A stretch of 57,520 nucleotides of DNA, filler included, from Callorhinchus milii (lineage: Eukaryota): the NCBI RefSeq assembly GCF_018977255.1. It is 2 parts of 2 records of this genome, joined end to end, with 100 filler letters (N's around TTAATTAATTAA, not from the genome) between each part and the next. Parts side by side here need not be neighbours in the genome. Positions count along the whole stretch, not along the records: positions 1 to 28,727 come from NW_024705667.1; 1 more part is not named here. One strand, 5' to 3'. Every line of letters begins with the position of its first letter. Position 1 is the stretch's first letter. Below, piece after piece: positions 1 through 12,557 of this stretch. Position numbers and translations under genes: made by a program. The notes below the pieces were generated by a model. The model had not been told where the DNA came from. It searched no databases and saw only the letters and a list, made by a program, of their open reading frames with translations.

Positions 1-432
1 ACAGTAACTCGACTGTATTACACGAATTGCAAAAAAAAATGTGGGCATTCATTGGTAGATAACTTAGTCGAGGAATCGCGAGATCTTCTCAAAGCCCAGA
101 CTTGATCTTTGTCAGCTGGACTGCCAATTATCTGAATGTGAGCAGCCTATTTGTTCTGGTAACAAAGGAACAGTTTTCTCCTTTTTCTCATCTAACATTT
201 GATATCTTCCCGATTTTAATTTTCTTTCTTTTTCCAAGTTACGTGCACGATTTCAAAATGTAACCTTGAACGATTGATTTTTGAGACACGTCTTCCGAAG
301 GTTTAGTCACTGTACGTTTCGATATTTCTCAGTGTTTGGTTTCTAATCCATAGAAGTACGGGTCAGAGAATTAATATTGATTTTGTTGTAAAACTGCAGA
401 AATGACCAACCAAGAACGACTCTGCATTCATT

Positions 433-656
433 TAATAATAATAATAATAATACTCCTTGCATTTGATATAGCGCTTTTCACGTCGGGAGGACGTCCCAAA
501 GCGCTTCACAGAACACTCTGTAAAGTGAATTGACTGTATATTTGTGGGCGAACGCGGCAGCCAATTGCGCACAGCAATGTCCCACAAACAGTCGTAGATT
601 AAAAATGACCCATTTTTATTATTGTTTTTTGTTTTGGAGGGATTATTATTAGGCGT
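433..656 (-). mobile_element. 3' half of tRNA-derived SINE (Deu-like domain, L2-type tail with (TTA)n)
   Basis: Near-identical to 28273-28495 of the full-length copy; contains TGTGGGACATTGCTGTGCGCAATTGGCTGCCGCG (minus) and an (AAT)n tail. Confidence 0.8.
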
Positions 657-1369
657 TAATCTTCATTTGATGGAATAAGAAGGGTTCGGACACACCATTT
701 CTGATGAAAAGCAAGACATGAAATGTAATTTGCTTCGGTTGCTTTGAAGTAGCTTCACAATCCCGGATAGCAGAAAACAGACCCAATCTGCTGAATTCAG
801 AAGTGATGCTTTCACAGTGTTTTGCTGGCACCAAGTTCATATGCCAAGCAACTGGATGTCTCAGCAGATTCAATCAAACGTCTGGCTTGTGTATTCAGGC
901 TTCTTGTCATTATTTCAGGGTACATCTGATGACAGACCAGCCTTCCTGGCTCGATTCCCATGAAAACAATCAATTAGAATTCAATCGTCGGGTAGTCCAA
1001 AGGTACTCAACAGTTGATTCCTGCTGACTGAGAGCAAGCATTATTCACAATCAGCGACTGCAAATCATGTAATCTGTATTGGGATTGATACTCCAAGTAG
1101 TATATTAAGCGAGAAGCTTGCCAAGTATTGGGAACTATGCTAAACTGCGTTCCATTTGCAGTTTCCTGGTGACCTCCAGTAATGCAAATAACTTGTTTTT
1201 TCTGGTGTAAGTTTGCTCTGCCCTTTGCACTGGGAAATGGGAAGCATGGCCAGGGTGGGGCTGATTGGTTCACGAAGCTTGGGTGGGAGAGGACAAGATT
1301 TACAGGTTTCCAATAGTTCTACAGCTTGTGGATTGAAGAGAAGGGAAGATCCTCAACAAATACCACACC

Positions 1370-1990
1370 ACCAACAACAAAATTACATTTCTAGAGCGCG
1401 TTGCACGTCGGGAGGACGTCCCAAAGAGCTGAACGGTCAGGCGTCGGGGCCCGAGCATTGGCAAGAATGGTGTAGTGGGTGAGGCAAGGGAGGAAGCGAG
1501 GCGAAGGGACCGTGGAATGGAGTTCTAGAGTATAGGGGCAGAGAGGCTGAAAGCCCGCAACCGATAGTAGGGCAAGCTGGGCGGGAGACATGGGGGAAGG
1601 GGAGCTCGTGGTCGGGCGAGGGTTGGAATGATGGGTCACGGAGCTTGGTGCGTGAGAGTACACGAGCTATAGATGGTGGGGTAATCTGCAGCTTGTGAGG
1701 GGAAGGGTGGGAAGGGCAATGACGAGGGAGTTCCCGTAAACGAGTCTTGATGTGACGAAAGCGTGGGTGAGGGTCCGGCAGCCTAATGGATGAGGCAGTG
1801 GCCGAGTCTGGCGATGTTGCGGAGGTGGTGGTCAGCAATGCCAGTCATGGCGCGAATGTGGAGGAGAAAGGACATTTCAGATTCAAACAAGATACCCAGG
1901 TTCCTGACTGGCTGAGTGAAGTTGAGTGTGCAGCCGTGGAGGTTGATGCTGCCAGCGCCTGATGTACCAAACTTTGTACTAGCCATAGCA
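1370..1990 (-). mobile_element. L2-clade LINE 3' fragment
   Basis: Minus-strand translation resembles L2 ORF2 C-terminus (VRNLGILFESEMSF..HI, HLRNIARL); tail CACGTCGGGAGGACGTCCCAAAG shared with the SINE; (CAA)n end. Confidence 0.7.
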
Positions 1991-2133
1991 CACTGGCTTC
2001 CTGTCACAGAGCGGAAAGCATTCAAGCTGCTTGCTCTTTTGTTTAATTCCATCAATTGCTTTGCACCCCCTATCTCTCTCAGCTTTCATCACATATGTAC
2101 ACCGTGGAATTAATGTACATGCCTCCATGTGTA

Positions 2134-2205
2134 TCCTCGTTAGTATAGCGATTATTATCCGCCCCTTTTACGCGCGAGACCGAGGTTCAATTCTCCGACG
2201 TGGCG
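2134..2205 (+). pseudogene. tRNA-Asp-derived pseudogene
   Basis: TCCTCGTTAGTATAG...GAGACCGAGGTTCAATTCTCCGACG is colinear with vertebrate tRNA-Asp(GTC); anticodon reads TTT and stems are disrupted. Confidence 0.8.
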
Positions 2206-2699
2206 ATAATTTTAATGTCTGTTACCAAATTAATCAACGTTGTTATTGTTTTTTGTCAATCAGAAAACATTGCAGTAGGAAGATCTTTTGATACAAGTGA
2301 ATTTTCTCCCAGAAATTGCGCAGTCCATTCCCTTTGCAGTATATTCTGTGATGCGCTTTTAGACGTCTCGAATATGTATTAAGAAACTATATCAAATGAA
2401 ACAATTATTATATCAAACTCACTTTGAATAATATTCAAAGACAAATGCAAGAAATATTACAAGTGATTTTGTAGAAGCTGCAGTTTAACAGAGACACACA
2501 CTCTGGATTATGTTTGATGTCCATTCATTGTCACAAACACAGTCCTCAGAATAAAGGATTCAGGGATACAGGCATTCCGTATACAGGGTGAACGAAAAGT
2601 CGTGTTAACTACTCTATTATCTATAATAAAAATGTTCATCATTTCTTTAATACTTACCATATATTTTAAGGGGTGAGCCAGACAGCAATTCTATCACTT

Positions 2700-3060
2700 T
2701 ACATATAAATGGATGTAGCTTTTTCTAACAATGTATATATGGATTTCCTAAAAATAGCTACTTTTGCAGTTGGTTGATATCACCGCTCATGTCGTCATGT
2801 GGCGTTGAATAGTTGTATCAGTAGTCTCCGTTGCACCGATGACAACAGCAACTATTGTTTTACTTTGCCTACTACGTCCGTATTGAAATCGTATATCGAT
2901 ATATTTCCAGATTTTCTCCAGTTCATTGTTTTTCACATGGTAATCACTTGGAATGGTTACAGCAATCATATTGTTCGTACAATCTCATGAATTATTGATG
3001 TTAATATCTGATCTGCTACAGCCGATTGATCTGTCTGTGTGTAATTTTATGTATCTGTAC
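2700..3060 (-). mobile_element. Degenerate non-LTR retrotransposon C-terminus with restriction-like endonuclease (R4/Dong-like)
   Basis: Minus-strand peptides HTDRSIGCSRSDI, IAVTIPSD..V...ELEK..KY.D and VVIGA resemble the RPD..D/K..KY..L/VVIGALG motifs of RLE elements; frameshifted. Confidence 0.5.
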
Positions 3061-3691
3061 CAAATGCAAGGATAATTATATTATTATAATTGTAACCCCA
3101 ATATTATTGTAAAGCTGTTTAATTGTATCACGTTCCCTGACTGAAATTGATACGAGTTGGACTTGACATCAATCTCAAATTGTGAACTAATTGTCTCGTG
3201 AATATATTTAGCTACATTGTTAAGTTTGATTAGATATTCCGTTTCTTATTATTATTGTTGCGATGACAATGATGTTGGTGGCGAAAGTAAAAACATACCC
3301 GTGATGGAATGAATACAAGCAATAAAACCAGCAAACTTGAGCGGGAAGATTAGTGTCAGTGTTCGAAGATTAGTAAATAATAACAGCGTTCGTAGTCAAT
3401 TGACCATTAACTGATCTGGGGTAATAGTCCCTTCAATAATAACAATAATAAAAGCAGTAATAGTAATAAATTGGTCACTTCAATCCACAACTGTTTGTGG
3501 GCTACTACTAACTGCTGCTTTTCGGCCACAAAACAACCAGTGAATTCACTTTGCAAGTCGCCTCTGTGAAACACCTTGAGACGTCCTGAAGACGTGATAG
3601 GACGCTATATAATATTGTAGTTTTATTATTATTATTGTTGTTGGCAGCAAAGGTGCTGCTAATGTAACATAATGGGCAGGAATTAAAATTG

Positions 3692-4100
3692 TGGCCCGTA
3701 CGGTAATCGAACCCACGATCCTCAACTTTGTATACAAATCCCTCCACATCTCTGACACCATCACCCCCTACCTCTCTAACACCCTCTCTCCTCAAAACAG
3801 TATCCGTTGTTTCCGTTTCTCTGGGTCTGGCCTCCTCGCGGAATCCTCTGCGCCACCTTCGGCGGCCGTGCCTTCAGCCACTATGCCCCGAGGCTCTGGA
3901 ATCCCTGCAGAAGACCTTTCTTTTCAACCGCGCCTTTGGTCACCTTCCTCCCCCTCCCCCTGGCTTGGCCACGGGATCCGTTATTGTGAAGAGCTCTGAG
4001 ACGCCGTCCGGCATGGAGGTCGCTTTATAAATCCATGTTGTTGTTGTTGTTGAACTTAGCGTTACTAGCACCAGGCTCTAACCAACTGAGGTAATCAGCA
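3692..4100 (-). pseudogene. tRNA-Ile(AAT)-type pseudogene split in two by a retroelement insertion
   Basis: 3692-3720 matches the tRNA 3' half (rc TGGCCCGTACGG..ATCGAACCC); 4055-4100 matches the 5' half (rc CTT.GCGTTA.TAGCACCA.GCTCTAACCAACTGAG); anticodon now AGT. Confidence 0.85.
3722..4052 (+). mobile_element. 5'-truncated L2 LINE 3' end
   Basis: YKSLH..P.YL and GGRAFSHYAPRLWN motifs of L2 ORF2 end; same family as 5170-5490; ends in (TTG)n. Confidence 0.8.
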
Positions 4101-4544
4101 TGCCTTGCTGAGTGAAACACAGAAAGCCCTGATTACTGACATACGCAATGCAAACTTGTGACTGACATATTGTGGTGTATTTTCTATACAATAGACAACT
4201 ACGTTATTCAATCAATTCTATCAATCTGCTGCTTGCAACATATCTTTGAGGTAGAGGCATAATCTCCCGGACACCCATTTGCTCAGGAGAATTATACTCA
4301 GCAGTTCCGTTCAAATGTCTTAACAAATCAAAATTGAACACTAAGTTATTTTACTCTCAAAGCAATTCAGTTACTGTATCAACCCATTGCTCCGATTTGT
4401 GTCTTGGCCACAGAAAACGATTTTTTTTGAAAGGTAATGACTTACACATACAGTGATTATTTTTTCTTTGGAAGGAATTGTTATACCTTGTAAAAGTCAT
4501 TCACCAATCCACAAATAATCAATTCCCAGATTACTTAAACTGGT

Positions 4545-4646
4545 GTGTTGAGAAAGAAACTTGTCCAGCGTTTCGTCCTGCTGGGAATCGAACCTCGGTC
4601 TCTCGCTAGCGAGTCGAGTGCTCTAACCACTGAGCTACAGAGCTCC
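4545..4646 (-). mobile_element. tRNA-SINE head fragment
   Basis: Similar to 28495-28596 (A box TAGCTCAGTGG, B box GGTTCGATTCC on minus). Confidence 0.7.
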
Positions 4647-5169
4647 ATATTAACCAACGCAACATAACATTTGTATAGCGTCTTTCGCGTCAGGGGCACA
4701 GTCCGGTATTACAGTAAATAACTTGAAGGATTTTGATTCATTTTCAAGGAGAAAACGGCGAGAACTCAAATGGAACTATTGACTGCTCTGTGTAAAAACT
4801 GAAATATGGATTCCACGTTAATCACAGTTTTCGTATTCTCAGAATATTTATTTGAACATGCATTTCTCCCAATTTGCTCTTTGGTAATTATTTTACATTT
4901 TCTCATTGAGAAATATTTACTGAATATAAAGAGATTCAAACACCTCAAACACTCTGATTTGGTTGTTAAAATCGCCGTTTTGCCAATGGATGAATGTTCA
5001 AGTCAAATTGTAATGTTCCTCACAATTATTTAGTTCAGATTTTGATCTACTAAAGATTCGTGACCGCGGGTGACGTCGACCAACGTGAATCCAAAACGGT
5101 GAACGACAACAACAACTGCAACTGGCATTTATATAGCATCCCTCACGCAGGGTAGATTACCAGAGCACT

Positions 5170-5490
5170 GAACAACAACAACAACTTTGATTTATATGGC
5201 GCCCTCCTTGCCCGACGGCGACTCAGAGCGCTTCACAGTAACGGATGCCGGGGCCGATCCTTGGGGGAGGGTTAGGAAGGTGACCAAAAGCGTGGTCGAA
5301 AAGTAAGGTCTTTAGCAGAGACCTGAAAATTGGAATAGAGCGGGCGAGGCGAAGGGAGTGAGAAAGGGAGTTTTAGAGCCTCGGGGGCATAGTTGCTGAA
5401 GGCACAGCCGCCGAGGGTGGAGCGGAGGAGTCCGGGGACAAGCAAGAGGCCAGACCCGGAGGACCGAAGACAGGAGGCCTAAGGGTAGGA
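5170..5490 (-). mobile_element. L2 LINE 3' fragment
   Basis: Reverse-complement similarity to 3722-4052; (CAA)n tail. Confidence 0.65.
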
Positions 5491-5524
5491 GACGTATCAG
5501 ATATTAAACTAATAACATCAATTT

Positions 5525-5620
5525 AGTCCTGTAGCTCAGTGGTTAGAGCACTCATCTCACTGGATTCCGTTTCCAGTAGGGCGAAATGTTGAGCAAGTTT
5601 CCATACTCCACACGCCTCTG
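5525..5620 (+). mobile_element. Degenerate tRNA-SINE head
   Basis: AGTCCTGTAGCTCAGTGGTTAGAGCACTC...GGGCGAAA..TTGAGCAAGTTTCC, same family as 28273-28596. Confidence 0.7.
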
Positions 5621-6671
5621 TTTAACACGCAATCAGTATATTCTGTCAAGTACTTTGAGACGTCTCGAAGATGTATAACGTTTTATACATCAAAAGCAAC
5701 GACCATTATTATCATAATGTGAAATGAATTGTACAGCTCCCCTCTCGACTCTCTACCCCCTCCTCGCTCTTTCCCTTCCCTCCCCTCACCCTGACCATTT
5801 CCCCATGCTCGGGTTCTGACACAACTGTACAACGCCTTGGGATGTCCTCCCGACGTGAAAAGCGCTCTATACATGGGATCTTGTTGTTCAAGAGAGGGTG
5901 TAAAACATGTGTTCGCTCAATCCACATCTGTTTATGGGATATTACTGCATGCAATTGGCTACCGGGTGCGTTTAAAGCCCAGCAGTCCTTTGCGAATACC
6001 TGAACATCACAAATATTAGTTTTTGTTGACGTGAGTGTCACAGGTGATCAATCCCAACATTTGGGCTACTGTGAAGGAGGAGGTTTTGCAACAATTGCCA
6101 GCCAGCTGTCCTTACACCAAGACATCACAAATATTACTAACCTGTATATAGAATGCAATATCTCTGTTGTGCAGAGAGAAAAGTAAGTTTCAGCAAACTA
6201 ATCATGAGCAAATGATACTGGTGGTTATGAACACGGCTCAATCAGTCGTTGGAGCTTCAGAGTCATCATCTCATAATCCTTTGTTTGAAGTGCATGCTTG
6301 GTAACGTTTTTCACTGAATACTTCATTTTCTCCTTTCATTACAATCTGATAGTTCAACGGAAGAGCTTTTTCATGAACATAATTAATAGTGATATTTCAT
6401 TCGATTTCCAAGATTCAAAAACTAACGAAACCATAGGATTTTTTTAAACAATAAATACTATTCATTAACATTCAAATACTAAATAAAGATAATTTATGAT
6501 TAACGACATGATAAATACTAATACATAATTCGGTTGAATGTCAATTGATGACTGTTCAGATGTTATACCGACTTAGTAGATAAAACTTCACTGAACTTCA
6601 TCAAGCAATCCTACTCCAGAAATAACTAATACAAATGCAATCCTGGTTGAATATCTGATTCAGGGACAAAG

Positions 6672-6743
6672 GGTTCCATGGTGTAATGGTGAGCACTCTG
6701 GACATTGAATCCAGTGATCCGAGTTCAAATCTCGGTGGAATCT
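6672..6743 (+). tRNA. tRNA-Gln-TTG: tRNA-Gln(TTG) variant, possibly non-functional (A at position 33)
   Basis: 72 nt, nearly identical to the Gln-CTG gene at 13475; anticodon loop CA-TTG-AA. Confidence 0.75.
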
Positions 6744-7173
6744 TGTACTTGTATATTGATTTTAGCTGCATGATTGTCCTGCAACCAGTCACCAAACTCA
6801 TTGTGTTAACGGCCAACGTTAAAAGCTCCAATGAGTCTCATGCATTCTCCAGTGTGAATGGCGCAATGAAAATGTAAATATGTATTGCATTGCATTCATT
6901 CCCAAGTTCCAGTCGTGTTTCAGTTATTATTTTCTTGACTGATGTGACATTCGGTTTATCAAGCCGGTTGTATCCCAAGTTTGAAATTAAGTAAAATGAT
7001 CAATACGTAGTTAGTGTCTAAATCAGCTCAATCACACTCCGCATTTTATTTTGCACGCATGTGACGGTTTTGTTGCATAAAGCTTGGATGATCGTTGCAT
7101 TCCAATAAAATTGGAAACAAAACTGTTTCATTTCGACATTTAGGTTGCTCTGTTTAATGCAGCTAATATATAA

Positions 7174-7365
7174 TCAATGCCCATGAATGCATAAAGCTGT
7201 TTTTTGAAATAAATCGACTTTGCTGGCCTCAAACGCCTTCGCTGTCAAACTGTTCCAGTTCTTCTTTATTCTCTGGTTGAAGAAAATCCTCCCTCTCTGC
7301 GTCCTGAAATTGACCTTTTCAACTTTAAATATGTGTCCACTTGTTCTACCGTATTGTTCCGTCCC
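7174..7365 (-). mobile_element. CR1-clade LINE 3' fragment
   Basis: Minus ORF TSGHIFKVEKVNFRTQRGRIFFNQRIKKNWNSL is the typical CR1 ORF2 terminus. Confidence 0.7.
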
Positions 7366-7554
7366 AAACTGTTGATTTTGCATTCTGTAGATTAGTGGTT
7401 AGAGCACAAACCTTGCTCTAAGTCGACTTGGGTTCGATTCCGTTCATATGTATATGAATAAGATATTAATCTTTACTGCATTCAGATTTATGGAAGGACA
7501 TATTTTCTGTGCATGGGTTGCAAATTACTTTCAGCAGAATGACACTATGGTTGA

Positions 7555-8000
7555 AGAGCTTAAATTATGAGGAGAGTTTCATAAACGTGGTGTCTATTTC
7601 CTTGCGTATATAAGGTTGATGGGTGATCTTATTGAGGATTTTAAAATATTAAATCGATTCGGTATGATAGGAAAAGAAAAACTAGTTCCTCCATTTGGGA
7701 AATCCACTGGAAGGGGTATCATTTCAAATAAGCACAAGGCCATTTATGAGTGAAATCAGGAGGTATTTGTTCACCCAAGCAGTAGTAGAAATCTGCAAAT
7801 ATGTCGAAAAAAGGACATACAGATGTTGAATACATTCACATCTTCAAGACGCAGTTAGATAGATATTTGATTTTTCGGGGCATTAAGCGATATGGGGCAA
7901 CGGCGGATATTTGGACTATATATACAGATCAGCCATGACCTAGTAGAATGGCAAAGCAGAATCGAGTGGCTGAATGGTCTGACCTGTTTCTATATTTCTG
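7555..8000 (+). mobile_element. CR1-clade LINE 3' end (shark HER1/HE1-like tail)
   Basis: Degenerate YEERL..GDLIE..FKI and tail GATCAGCCATGA..GAATGGC...GGCTGAATGG. Confidence 0.7.
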
Positions 8001-8729
8001 ACAGGAAAGACATCAAAGCCGTTACGCTGATTGCCCCGGAAAGATCATTGGCTGCAGGACAAAGGGTCCCTTTTATTCTGCGTTTATTTTGCAAAAAGCA
8101 TGTATAAACAGGCATTGGGGGAGGGGGTTGTGGGTGGTGGGTGGTGGTGGGGCCTCGGTGTAGGAGTGGGGTAAGAGAGAGATAGCGTAAGAGAGAGAGG
8201 GAAAAGACAACAAGTTGGTTGCTTTGCAGCTACAATAATTATACACAAACCTGTGGTTGCCCAGTGAAAGGCGAATTTTCTTACTCGCATCCATTTCCAA
8301 AAGGTGATTTTTCTTCCTCCAGAAACACAAAAAAATGAAAAACAATATATTTTTGCTTGTCACGTTGAGCAGGTTATTTACTGTCACGTCAGATAATTCT
8401 TCTACCACCTATGAGGGACAAAACCCTTCGAGCGCTGGGCCGCATAAATGTGAGCTCACACACTGTGACGCTAAGGAGAAGAAAATGTCAATGCATATTA
8501 TAGCAATGTCGTGAACTTCTGGACTGGTTATTTTTATTGTTGTGATATTAGACCCCATTTCACTAAAATAGTCATACATTTTACCGTCATTGCTCATAGT
8601 GACCTCCGGATCCTGCCACTGAACATATTGATCGCCGGCTCCTGCCATTGCATACAGTGACCCCCTGGCTGGAAGAGAAAAGTTTGGAAAGTATTTCAGA
8701 GTGGAAATAAAAAACATACAGAGCATACC

Positions 8730-9290
8730 AAAGTGTGTGAGAGGTGAGAGGGAATGAGGATGGCGAGAGTGATAGACAAAAATAACACAGAACAGAGAGA
8801 GGATAGAGAGAGGAATGCGAGAGAGAGAGAAAGAGAGTGAGAGAGAGAGAAATTTGAGAATGTGTCATTATGTGTGTGAGAGACAGATGGAGAGAACGAT
8901 AAGGAAAATATTTGAGAGAGTATGTGTGAGAGGGATATAGTTAAGCGGAGAAAAAAGAGGGAGTGAGAGAGAGAGAGAGTGAAAGAGAGCGGGAGAGAGA
9001 GAGAGAGGAGGTTGGGGCGGTGTTGGGGGCGGCTGGAGTTATTGTAACAGACTGGAAGGGAGAGAAAGAATCGGAGATAGAGTGTGTTTGAGAAAGTTTG
9101 TGACTGAGCGTGAGAGAGAGGGAGTGATAGACATTTGAGGAGAGAGTGGTTTAGAGTGGGAAGACAGTGACTGAAAGAGGGAGAGCGAGATACAGAGAAA
9201 ATGAGATAGAGAGAAAGACAGTGATTTGAAAGTTACATCTGTATGAGCATCTGAGCAAGAGGTGAAAGTGAAAGTGTGAAAGTGGGAAAC
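8730..9290. repeat. GA-rich low-complexity/microsatellite region
   Basis: Multiple (GA)n tracts. Confidence 0.9.
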
Positions 9291-11430
9291 AGAACCTGTG
9301 TCAGAGCAAATAAACACTGACTTTTTAATTGATAATCTTTGACAATGTTTTCTAAAAACAACGATGAAATACGTAAATCAAGAAAAGGCGATTAACAATT
9401 TTATAAATTGTGCAATTATCTGTTGGAAGCACAACTGATTACTCAATTATAAGACTGAATTTTCTTTATTCAGTAGAATTGGCAACTATTTGTAATATTG
9501 TTTGGAAGTCACAAATGCTCTTCTTTCTGTGTAACAGTACTTAGAAGACGATAAAAAACGAATATCGGGAATAATACATTAAAAATCCATACTACCTCTC
9601 ACTGCTCCGCCCTCCACCCCCCCTGATCCCAATAATCGCTTCTATTCAGCGAATTGGGACTTCAGTCTGATGCGAAAAGCGCTATACAAATACAAGGTGT
9701 TGTTGTGGTATAAGTACCGCACACTAATCTATTTCTCCACTGATCTAAGCTGATCTAATATGTTCTTCAGGTGATCACTTCAGTTTAGAATTCAACAACA
9801 ATAACTTCCAATTGTGTAGAGCAATTAATGCGCAGACAAAGCTTTAAATTTTAAGTTCGAGTTTAAATACTGTAGGTTTTGAAGAAAACCAACTCAGCCT
9901 CTTATTTAGTGGAAGAAATTCCCAACCGTCAACAAACGTAGATAATATGTTCCACACACAGACCATGAAAATATTTTATTTGAACTGCAGCAACAACACA
10001 CATAGTTAAATTTTGTGCAGAATGACATGTTTCGCTTTTGTAGTATAAACAGTTTTAAGAAGTGCTCAAGAAATGAAAGTTTTTGTGACATTGCTCTAAA
10101 GAGGAAGATCATCATTTTCTTTATTTTTAAATTAGAGTGTTTGAATAAAATACAATCAGAAAATTATTTTCCACCGGCTAATCACTTGTTGGTCATTCGA
10201 TATCGGACGAGTGTAGGATTTGTGCTCTCACATCATAGATGGTAGGGAACAGTAAATACCTATGAACTTCCTGTTGGACAATATAAATCAGCATCAGAAG
10301 CAATGCCACAATTTTCGTTTCCATTAATGATAAATGGAGCTCAATATACCATGAGCAGAAGTTCAACATAAAAATAAATAATAATATTCCTTGCATTTGA
10401 TGTAGCTCTTTTCACATATTGTAGACAGCAATAGCAACAACCAAATTACATTGATAGAGACGTCGGGAGTACGTCTCAAAGTGCTTCACACAATATACTA
10501 TAAAGTGAATGGACTGCATATTTTTCGCGAAACGCTGCTCACAGCAACGACCCACAAACAGTCGTGGATTCAAGTGACCGATATATCACTGTTTTTTTTG
10601 TTTTGGGTTGTTTGTTTTCTTCTTTAATTTTTCAAACAGATCCTGTGAACAATAAAAATGAAACTTAACACAATGCTGTCCTTTCAAATAGATAATATAT
10701 ACCGTCCCAAAAATCATAAAGTATTGGTGTTATAATGCTTCCTTCTAAATTAAATAATTCACTATTTTAAATTCTTTAATTCAGAAGGAAACTTTATAAC
10801 ATTTGGCTTTCAAACGAAGGACGATTTTTCGGTGAACATATTTTCAAATATTAAAGGAAAATGCATTGCAGTTATTGACTTTCCTTCCTTCTGTGTTCCC
10901 TTGTGGTAACTAAACTCAGGTGAAAGTGCCGTATCGCTATTGCAAATCCACCAGTGGACACACAGGGAGGGACTATCGAGTCTCGGTTCACGCCTCAAGA
11001 CCGTCTCACCGTAAACGAGGAGTGTGGAGCTTGATGGACAGAATGGTCCACCTGTCCTCCTGTCTCACAATCACTATCGGAAAAGATAACGTAAATATTA
11101 CAGAAAACCAGCCAAGCTGCCATTTCCACGACAATCTCTGGTTATTCAGCCTCAATATTTCAATGCAGTACCACAAGGCTCCTACTAGTTAGTGCTGGTC
11201 GGAAAGAGCAGTTCATGTCCGTGGATTACAATGTTGCAAGCGATTCACAATTCGAAGAAAAATTCATCCTCAAAATACGCAGGCACCACTCTCTGAAGTG
11301 GCATAATACAAGTAATTTTGACAAGTCTATTTCACGTGAAAAACCCTAAGTTAAATGAGGTGACTATTGGTGATAACATTGAGTTGATATTTTGATACCG
11401 TCAACATAACATGAGAGTTGTGTTATCATT

Positions 11431-11503
11431 GGCACCGTTGCTTGGTTGATGAAAGCGTTGACTTGTAGACAGGAGATCCTTGGTTCTAATCCCAGCAGTG
11501 CCT
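11431..11503 (+). pseudogene. tRNA-Thr pseudogene
   Basis: GGCACCGT.GCTT.GTTG..AAAGCG...ACAGGAGATCCT.GGTTC.AATCCCAGC.GTGCCT colinear with vertebrate tRNA-Thr; several stem and box mutations. Confidence 0.8.
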
Positions 11504-12485
11504 CTTCTACTGAATTTTCGAAAACACTTCCTCGGCATTTTAGAAATGAGATTTCGGTACCGATTTAATTTTAAAGTTGTATTTCCAGTGCTATTGTTGA
11601 CGTTGGAGGAAGCTGACAATGCATTGCAATGTTTCATGGTTCGTGGTTTGGCTGGGACACCATCCAAAAATTAAACCGAGGCCAAGGCTACCTATTCAGA
11701 TGGACACTCATGCTGTTGGTTGGTCATTGCTCGCAAAAACAGACATAGCATTTTACAGAATAATATGTGAAGCGCTTCGGGATTCCCAAGTGTAACACAT
11801 TGTAACGAAAATGCGAGGAATCATTAGTGAAGTGTTTTGGTTGCACGCTGAAATGTTGCTCATCTCAGGGATCGATACGGTATACAAGCATCGAAAATTA
11901 TGTATTTACCGTGAATGATTGTTACCTGATGCTTTACTGTATAGATATAAATTTTGTCTTTTTGAAGCCGCAACATCTGAAATTGACACCTCATTTTGAG
12001 CTGCAATCCGCTGCCAGGAAGATTATAACCTACGCGTGAAACTCCGCAAAGATTTTCATACCAGGCTTCAGGCTTGAAATAATTTGATTTCTTCAGATTG
12101 CTGGTTGGTAAACTATATTGAATTAAATGATTTGGGTCGATTCTCCACTAAGCCACCCATATTCCATGTGCAGTGCAGCGATATCTTCTCCCTAAATCTT
12201 TCAGAGGAAATATAAATCACTGTGATATATTACAATCTTGATTTTCCAACAGCAGGATTGTTATTATTCTTTTGACGCCTGATGCATACATCAAAGGCGC
12301 TCACAGTTCCGCTACCCTTGAAATAACATCTAATGCTTTAAGCCTAGTAAGACACCATTATTGCTTGAATAATTCAACTAAATAATGAAATAATAAAATT
12401 TTACAATAGATGTCTTGACTATTACTGATAACGTTGATTTGACGCTTTGATTACCATATAATAAAATCACTATTGCGTTATCCAT

Positions 12486-12557
12486 GGCAATGGGCTTAGT
12501 TGCTGAGTGCACTTGTCTTGTCAACAGGAGATGCTGAATTCAAATACCAGCAGTGCT
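12486..12557 (+). pseudogene. tRNA-Thr pseudogene (second, more decayed copy)
   Basis: Paralogous to 11431-11503 including 3' flank. Confidence 0.7.
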
